Shown piece by piece: positions 56,328-64,000 of a DNA stretch of 64,000 nucleotides (position 1 is its first letter; every line of letters begins with the position of its first letter). The stretch is from Ostrea edulis (taxonomy: Eukaryota): the NCBI RefSeq assembly GCF_947568905.1, contig NC_079168.1, positions 74,958,001 through 75,022,000 of the forward strand, given 5' to 3'. The notes under the pieces are model-generated. The model saw only the letters and a program-made list of their open reading frames with translations. It was not told the DNA's origin and searched no databases. Position numbers and translations under genes: made by a program.

Positions 56328-59300
56328 CTGTGGTGCAAAAAAAAAAATAAAAATCATAAAACACATGCAGAAAAACAAAGGTAAAACAACATCCAGGATT
56401 TAATCAACTCCAAAGTCTCAGACATCTACATACGTAAAGCAATGTTCTTTATAAGAGTGATGTTTTATATTCAAAATAGGTACATTTAGTAGAAAACATA
56501 AGTGTCTGACACTTTTTCATAAAATGAACCATGATCAAAGGCATGCAAACCATAACAAACAAGCTGAAATGTCCTCCATAGACAGAAGTTTCATAAGTTT
56601 AGAATGTTAAGTCATACAAGTATGAGGGGTGATCATGACAGTTTAAAGATCAATACAAATCATGTTATGCTTTTTTGAATTCCTGGAAAACATGGCAATG
56701 AAAATATAATTCAATAACAAGTATTTAAGATTACAAACAGCTTGTATGTATTTTACGAAATAACTATGCATGCCAATATAACTCTGGTAGCCTGGACTCG
56801 TATTTAAAAAAAACAAATCAACTGTTACATTACTTTCAAACTCGAACCTTATTCACTGCTTCCTGAATTCACAGATCTCTCTACACTGAATATAGCAAAT
56901 ATTTTCACCACAAGTTATCCCCCCCATACCGTATCTTGCTTTCTGATTGTTATGATTATTTTTTTTTAAAATGAGCAATTATATTATGTATTATGTCAAT
57001 ATTTTCTACCCTTGTTAAAATTTTGTCTCAGAACTTTTTAATCACCCCTCATATATTAGTTCTATAGAATGAACTTTTTGTACTTAAATTTCAATTAAAT
57101 AATCTAAAACTAAGGGTATTTTGTGAAGAAGGCATTTCAGCTATTTATACTACTGTAATGGATGAATACTGAAAAGAAACAAATATAAATTACAAAACAC
57201 CAAGGAGAAGGGAAGTATGTTTATACACAATGACACACAAAATGGACAGATAGTGATTGCTGTCTTGAATAGGGAATTGAAATTACTACAGTCCGGGATT
57301 TAAATGGATATACATATGGGTCAATATGTATATATACTTCCCATCCTCCTTGTGTAAAAGGAAATACAGGCAATACAAATAAACACTGCAATACACAACA
57401 AAGTTGGAACTACATGTCAGAATTTATTGCAGGTAAATTTTTAATTGGGATTTTTTTTTTCAGCACTAAATATTAGGATTTTTTTCACATGCACTATGAA
57501 AATTACCTTAAACTACTTCACGTTCATAATGTCAACAGCCTATGAAATTTTCTGATATTCTTACTCTTTTTTATGGAAGAAAATAAAACAAATTCAATAT
57601 CCTCCATGTAGTTCCTTGTCCTAGTAACTGAAAAGTCTCTACAAACGACAAAACAAAAACAATTAACGGAACCACAGGGGCAGGAGGAACGGCTTCAATT
57701 CTGCAGTTTTTCATTTTTGATACTCTGCATCATAACTTTTCTGCATATAACGAAGACCATGTCATACATGACTTATGAGTATTATAACCCGCTAAGTACA
57801 TGTATCTATATACAGTGAGAAAAAGTATGGTTTAGGGTTTAAGTAGACACATAAGAAAATGATATATCATCAATAAAATAGTTCGAAAAGGAATGCCACA
57901 TCAACAGTAGAGATTAGTTTTCCTTTAGGATCTTTTTAGCTCTCTGGTTAGCATCCAGAATCCGAGATTCGTTTGACTGGGTCTGTAATTAAAACAGAAC
58001 AAATTAACTTCAATATTCATATAAAATATACTGCCGCCACAACTACCTATAATATTCAGGTTAATTAGGGTTCAATGACCTTCAATCTTGTCTAAGGTTA
58101 GTAATTAATTTTCATAAATACCGTAATTTACATAACAAGGATTACTTTGGTTTGATACTGAATGGTTTTTGCAATACAATCAACAAAGGGAATGTAATGA
58201 ATTTACAATCAATTACATCTCCTAAGGCTGAGGCAATGAATCAATATTTGCAATAAATGAAGCTTGCTACTACACAGCACTGCTGAGGCACATGATACAT
58301 GAAATGAACTTTGTACTCGGTATAAAGTATCTGAATAGATTCCTACAGTCCGAAATGAGGGCAATGTGACCAATTTTCAAGCATTGTCGGAAACCCACGG
58401 TTGATTGCTTTTCAAAAGAAGTGTGACCGATCATGGTTTTTCCGATGATGATTTTCAAGCTGCAACACATCTTCCTCCCAAGATACTTCATCTAACAAGA
58501 TCTGATCATCCTTGATCTAACATTTGTACAACATGTGAAAATGTGTACATTCATAGACCGACAAATGTCATACATGTACCATTATACCACTTTTCATGGA
58601 CTGGCATAAAAAAATATATCATATTTCTGAATTTGAAAATGGATGCATGTTCATCTAATGATATCATAATTACCTTGCAAAGACATCAATTCATTTACTT
58701 AAGCAGAGGTTCTAAAGACACCTAATCAAATGTATCCTCACAAACAGTAAATATATAAAATGTAGGATTTCAAAACTGTGCTGAGAAAAAAAATAATCAA
58801 AATGAAATCATATCATGTAAAACAAAGACTTGTCTGAAAAAAATATCTGTGATAATTAAATGATTCCTGGTGACAGGTCCTACGGTAGAGTGAAGATACC
58901 CAAGGAATGTGTACACCAAGGATATAGCCACTTTGCTGGAAAACTGACTCAATTTTGACTTCCATATTGAAAGTGTAAATTCACAGAATCTAAATGATAT
59001 AACATTTCAGTTATATCTACAGATTGTTAATATAAAACAGTGAGTGAGTTATTACATGTATTATGATTAAAATGATAAAAAATATAGTATATATGTAAGT
59101 AAAACTTATAGAATACTGTTTAAGATAGTGTAACTATTGATGGTACATATTCCTTACATGTTTTCATGCAAAATTTGTATGTCAAAAATCATAATTTACT
59201 CTATAATCTAGCTGCAGAACTGTAGTTCATTGGTCTATCTCAATTTTCTCCGAGAGCTTCAGTTCTGCGGCTATCTATAATCATGCCACCGGAGAGATAG

Positions 59301-62300
59301 AAGTGATACACCGAGTAGATATTACAGCCCATCAATACTACTTCATTGATAGATATCTAAAGTCTAAGAGATCAAATTTCTTTTTCATTCCAAAAACATT
59401 CTCCCTCATTTGGTAGGGTATTTTATATTTTTAAAAACTAAAAAGAAAAAAAAAAGTCCTCCATCTACTATCAATGAAGAGGCATGACATGGTGTAATCT
59501 GCACAGAAATAACGCACTACAGATATATACACCGCAGAAGTCTGTTGTTATTCTTTAAGCAATATATTGGCTCGTTTATTGGCCTCAATAATACGCTCCA
59601 CATTGGATCCACCCTATAAAAAGATAGATCAGCAAAAACATACATCATGGTAATAATCTATTAACAGAAGCTAAAGGAGTAAGTTTATAAATAGTCAATT
59701 TGGCCCTCATTATCACTCTCATCTAAATCTACATAAATAACAAAATAGGTTTGCATAAATTTGTTGTTAAATAGACAAGATATACAAATCTAATTGTAAT
59801 TTTAGCAGCAAATTATGAATACTGGTATAAGATGAAAAAATATGTGAGTTCCTTTGAAATATGACCAATATTGTTATTTTGGATTCAGAAAGTATGAGCT
59901 CACAGGTATCAATCACAATATGTCGAAAACATAAAAATCTAATTTTAATCACCACACATATGTAGCCAAGGAACCAACTTCATATTTCAGACAATTTGTT
60001 TATGACTTGGAATTACTGAACTTCAGAGAAATAAAAGACTGTTTTAATTTTAGAGTCAGAAATAGCTATTGATGAACATAGTCCTTTGCTTCAACAATAA
60101 AATTCTGATATCAAAAACTGTCTCACATGAATATAAATACTTAACACAATCCCAGCACACCAGACATACCTTATTGTTAATGCGGTCCACTTGTCTGTTC
60201 TGGGATTCTATCTCACTGCCCATGTCAATAGCCATGTTTCTTAGATTACCCAGCATGCCACTGACTTGTGTTAAGTTTTCTTCCATTTCATCCTCACGAG
60301 CATCATTGGTGATTCTGACAAAATACAAGGAGTGATTGAATTACGCATAGTTTAAATATCACTTACTTGTGTAAGAACGAAACCAGACAAGACGAATTAG
60401 AGATAATCATTCAAATATATAAATACATATATACAATGTCATGTACATGTAGTTCCAATGTTATTTATTACAATTGTTTTGATTGGACAAAAATTTAAAC
60501 GAGAATTTACACATCAATAAATCCAAAAATGCTATGTATACATACGCACCTGAAAACAAATAAAATAGTGCGGGGGAGCTATTCAAACTATTGAAATTGA
60601 TAATACAGGGAACGAATTGATACAGTGGATTTCAAAGAGTGTGATCCAGTTTTCTGTATCACCACACTGGTTTTCTGATTACGTATCAGTATCCTCTGAA
60701 ACTGATGATGTCACAATGCATCACTCCAACGTTTTTTGTGGAAAATATCGACCACGTCACAAACAAAACGGTGTACAGAAAATATAGTTTCACTGTATTT
60801 CTCTGTTTTTGATAATTTGGATTACATTTATTATCTTATAAATGTGGATTTAAAAATACATAAGGGGGTATATAATTTTATCTTTACTACAGTAACTTGA
60901 TCCGAAGAGTTGGGTCACATCTCGTTGACAGGCGCGGATTATCAGATCAAACTCTACGCTTTGCGTCTCGTGTGATCTGATGATCCGTGCCTGTTAACTC
61001 GACGACATCCGACTCTTCGGATCAAGTTGCTGTAGTAATAATATATATATTAAAAATAAATGGCAACACAAAAGTAAAATGTTCTTTGCACTTCATCAAT
61101 ATCTTCCGACATTTACAAAACAAAAAATAATGATTGATTGACATATACAATGCAATGATGTCATAGTAACATTGCGAGATTCATTGTCTACCATTATTAT
61201 TTACTTAGCATCACCCCTGAAGAAGTAAAGAAACTATACTCAGTCGGCTTTGTGATATTTCTATTACACATATTCACCGTGTACAACCCCACACTTGGGG
61301 GTGCAGAATAGTGACCTTAGGGGGTACGGAATTCGAAGCGTGTTTTACTAGACCAGTTGACATATTTAGCTTGGTTACAGCTATAGAGATAAAACTAGTC
61401 TTATATTAACATACGACGGAACACAGTGATGTCCCCGCTTACTCTTACTCGTTTCCCAATTCGCAGTTCGTGTTAGAAATTGGTGAACACTTCAACAATA
61501 TTCAGCAACCACACGTAAGGATGCAAATTTGATCGATATTTGGCGAAATTTTCAATTACACTGCCACTTCACATAATATAACTAATGGTTTCTGCACATA
61601 ACGCTGTAGCAGATACTTCCATGATTTCCGAAATTTCACGTCAAATAAACGGTGAAAACTTCAATTTTTGTGTGTGCCACTAGGGGATACAGCTTTCAGT
61701 GGATATAAATTATTTTCAAAAATACACATGGATTACAGCAATGAATTTATTCAGATATTATACCTATGCTATCTTTTTACGTTCTTTTAAATTACCACAC
61801 ATAAAAGTTTCTTATACAAAACGCTATTAATGTTTGGTATTAAACACAGTAACCCTTTATCCATAACCACGTGTTTTCATGCATGTACGAACAGATCTAA
61901 TGTAAAATGAATAATGTTATTTAAATTTTGATTGTGAAAATGCAACATGTATAAAATATACTTATCTATTTATTATCTAATGTGTATAATTCAGTTGTTG
62001 ATTGTCTTTAAATGAAAGAAGAAATGGTTTTAATACGAAATGGGACCTGTATTTTTCTAAAATATGAAATTGTGTATTATCATTAATTTCTTCCACAGAT
62101 TGTTCCCAACTTTTAATAATCTCTCACAAGTCATTGATTTTATCTTTTGTGAATTCTAGCTAAAGCTTTGATGTCATCATGTCCGCATTGAAACATATAC
62201 GGTATAATGCTATGGCAAACTCACAGAGGGGTAACAGAATTAATAAAAAATTTAACATATTAATCCATTTTAAGCATCAAGATACCCACAAAATTCAGTT

Positions 62301-62934
62301 TATTTTAAATCTTCTATTTGAATGAACAACATGTACATAAAATTCATCACTCTTAGAAAGCCTCATCAAAATCAGACAGAATTTTTTATCACATTTTCAA
62401 ATGATTTGACAGATTGAAATAAATTTTTAGTACATTGATCATGGAAAACTTGTTGATATGCAGACCCATACATGTCTACCAAGTCTTCATCACAAGGACT
62501 CAATGAATTAAATCAGACATACATTGTAGTGGGAAGAGTGTTTTGGTTGCAGGAGCTATTGGACACAGGTGCTTGACATTTTAAATAGTTTGTTTACAGA
62601 AAGGCAGTTCAATTTTATTACATATATTTAAAACACAACACACCTATTGGAGAATGAACTAAGCTTTACTGGTCATGGACCAGCAGAGCTAATTAATGAA
62701 TTGCAAAATTCAATTTGAAACTACACAGTACTATTTCCTGGGCCTCTTACTCCGATAATGAAGAGATGCATTGTTGGGACTGATCATGTATGCTGGACAT
62801 ACCTGGTAATGATGGGCCCTTGTGGACCTGCATTTTCCCCAACAATCACCCTGGGTCCATTCGTATTAACTTTACCATCTTCTGATGCCTTCCATGTTTT
62901 GTCATAATCTCCTCCCTTCTCAAAGTTCTTAGCA
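56259..62934 (-). CDS. SNAP25: SNAP-25/23 family SNARE, 3' part: common exons 62934-62803 and 60314-60170, then one of three terminal exons; the 5' part lies beyond the window
   Basis: [44 protein letters not shown]|[48 protein letters not shown]| is the linker plus Qc-SNARE motif; GT-AG introns, phase-consistent. Confidence 0.95.
57914..57982 (-). CDS. SNAP25: SNAP-25 alternative terminal exon B: [22 protein letters not shown]
   Basis: Acceptor TTTTAATTACAG|ACC, phase 0; closest to the canonical ADSNKTRIDEANQRATKML; candidate AATAAA at 57428-57423. Confidence 0.9.
   Translation of the reverse strand, partial: TQSNESRILDANQRAKKILKEN
59548..59613 (-). CDS. SNAP25: SNAP-25 alternative terminal exon A: [21 protein letters not shown]
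   Basis: Acceptor TATCTTTTTATAG|GGT, phase 0; aligns gap-free with SNAP-25 residues 185-205. Confidence 0.82.
   Translation of the reverse strand, partial: GGSNVERIIEANKRANILLKE
60885..61037. repeat. 153-bp imperfect palindrome in a SNAP25 intron
   Basis: TACTACAGTAACTTGATCCGAAGAGT...ATCAGATCA versus TGATCTGAT...ACTCTTCGGATCAAGTTGCTGTAGTA, with centre CTACGCTTTGCGTCTCG. Confidence 0.8.
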
Positions 62935-63267
62935 CTGTCAAAAGTTAACACCCATTTACATACCAAAGAGATACTCTAGATGTTTGTCATGAAAATATGA
63001 ATCACAACAATATCAATAAAGATGCCACCTTTTAACTTCATACAATGCAATAAATTACCAGTGTGTCATCACTATATGATAATCATCAAAATATGAAGGG
63101 GCCTAATGATTATGCTTCATTATTCATACAATACTAGTACATATACATGTATATGACCATGAATGAACGAAAAGGTCCACAGGTCTCAATAATCACCCGA
63201 GCACCACACAACAAACAAAAGCAATGTTCCCACTGAAAAATAAGTTCAACCAATATAATCAATTGCG

Positions 63268-63478
63268 TACTGTACACCAACTTTTATTCGTGACGACTTT
63301 ATTTCACAATTTACAAGTGATGAACTGGTTTGCAGCAATTAATTTTCATGACCAAGATAATCTTAAACGTACAAGAAACATTAAAGGTCTGGTTCACGGC
63401 AAGAAACATTCACGATGAAATGGTTCTCACGAACCTCGCAAATTTTTTTTGCACATGAATAAAAGTTGGTTTACAGTA
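63268..63478. mobile_element. 211-bp TA-flanked MITE (Tc1/mariner-type ends)
   Basis: 25-bp TIR TACTGTACACCAACTTTTATTCGTG / CATGAATAAAAGTTGGTTTACAGTA, 2 mismatches. Confidence 0.75.
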
Positions 63479-64000
63479 ATCTCAAATTAATTGTCTTAGT
63501 TGCTAGAGCTTTTGAGAAAGAGGATCGAGAGCCTCCATGCTAGCTCATTATAACTATGCAATCAGTTTGTCTGCTAGATGTACAGGTGCAAAAGAAATAT
63601 TTTAAGTATTAATTCAGATTATTGTATGTTCACTATATGATCCATATAGCCCCAGCACACTTGGGCTGCAGAATGCCTGACACAAGGATCATGAATTTCA
63701 CATTTTTAAAATTTTACACCCAGATTGTCTATATGTTCAGTAGTTAAAGAGTATTTTCAAAGATTGCATCTTTTCCTGATTGTTTTTGTCCCATACTTAA
63801 GATTTTAGGGAATATGGACCATGAACCATGAAATTCAGAAAACTAACTTCCCTACCCCCCCCCCCCCCCCTCCCCCCCAAATGTAACACAACAATTCTGG
63901 TTCTGGTGACAACTGGCTGTCTAGTTTTTTGAGAGAAAAAGTTCATTGAGGCAACAAAATAAAGCAATACCAGATAACCTACAACAAATGTTTCTATACT

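Noticed and set aside
58270-58491. 73-aa ORF in the SNAP25 alternative-exon region
   Set aside because: No recognisable domain; most likely intron or 3' UTR sequence.
58830-58941. Possible fourth SNAP25 terminal exon (TTTTCCAG|[12 protein letters not shown]...)
   Set aside because: Has an acceptor-like site but no resemblance to the SNARE heptad (no R..I..AN.RA).

Overview
AT-rich, intron-containing animal DNA. The repeat landscape (Cg170-like Helentron-associated elements, Naiad-type Penelope ends, core-domain SINEs) points to a bivalve, most likely an oyster; this is an inference. Four protein-coding genes could be assembled by hand with GT-AG introns in consistent phase. (1) A 3-exon secreted PAN/Apple-EGF-like-Sushi protein (+, 11159-21230). 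(2) NTPCR (-, 5 exons, 27972-44735). (3) LRRC57 (+, 5 exons, 45107-51736), head-to-head with NTPCR. (4) The 3' part of a SNAP-25/23 gene (-), convergent with LRRC57. The standout observation is that this SNAP-25 gene has three paralogous alternative terminal exons, each encoding a different C-terminal end of the second SNARE helix; none is visible as such in the ORF track. Other notable structures are a 4.8-kb minisatellite grown from the NTPCR exon 4/intron 4 junction that carries roughly 175-180 copies of a 5' splice site, and tRNA-in-LTR miniature retrotransposons (Helenus/TRIMp3-like), including a solo LTR with a 4-bp TSD. The window also holds an internally deleted Academ transposon with intact termini and TSD, and an intronless Na+/K+-ATPase alpha pseudogene with an in-place inversion and a large deletion. 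The remainder is nested Helentron-type elements, MITEs, SINEs, a mariner relic, an L1/Tx1-type LINE fragment, satellites, long palindromes and two N gaps. Most short ORFs in the supplied track are repeat artefacts. No databases were searched; family names rest on recognised motifs.
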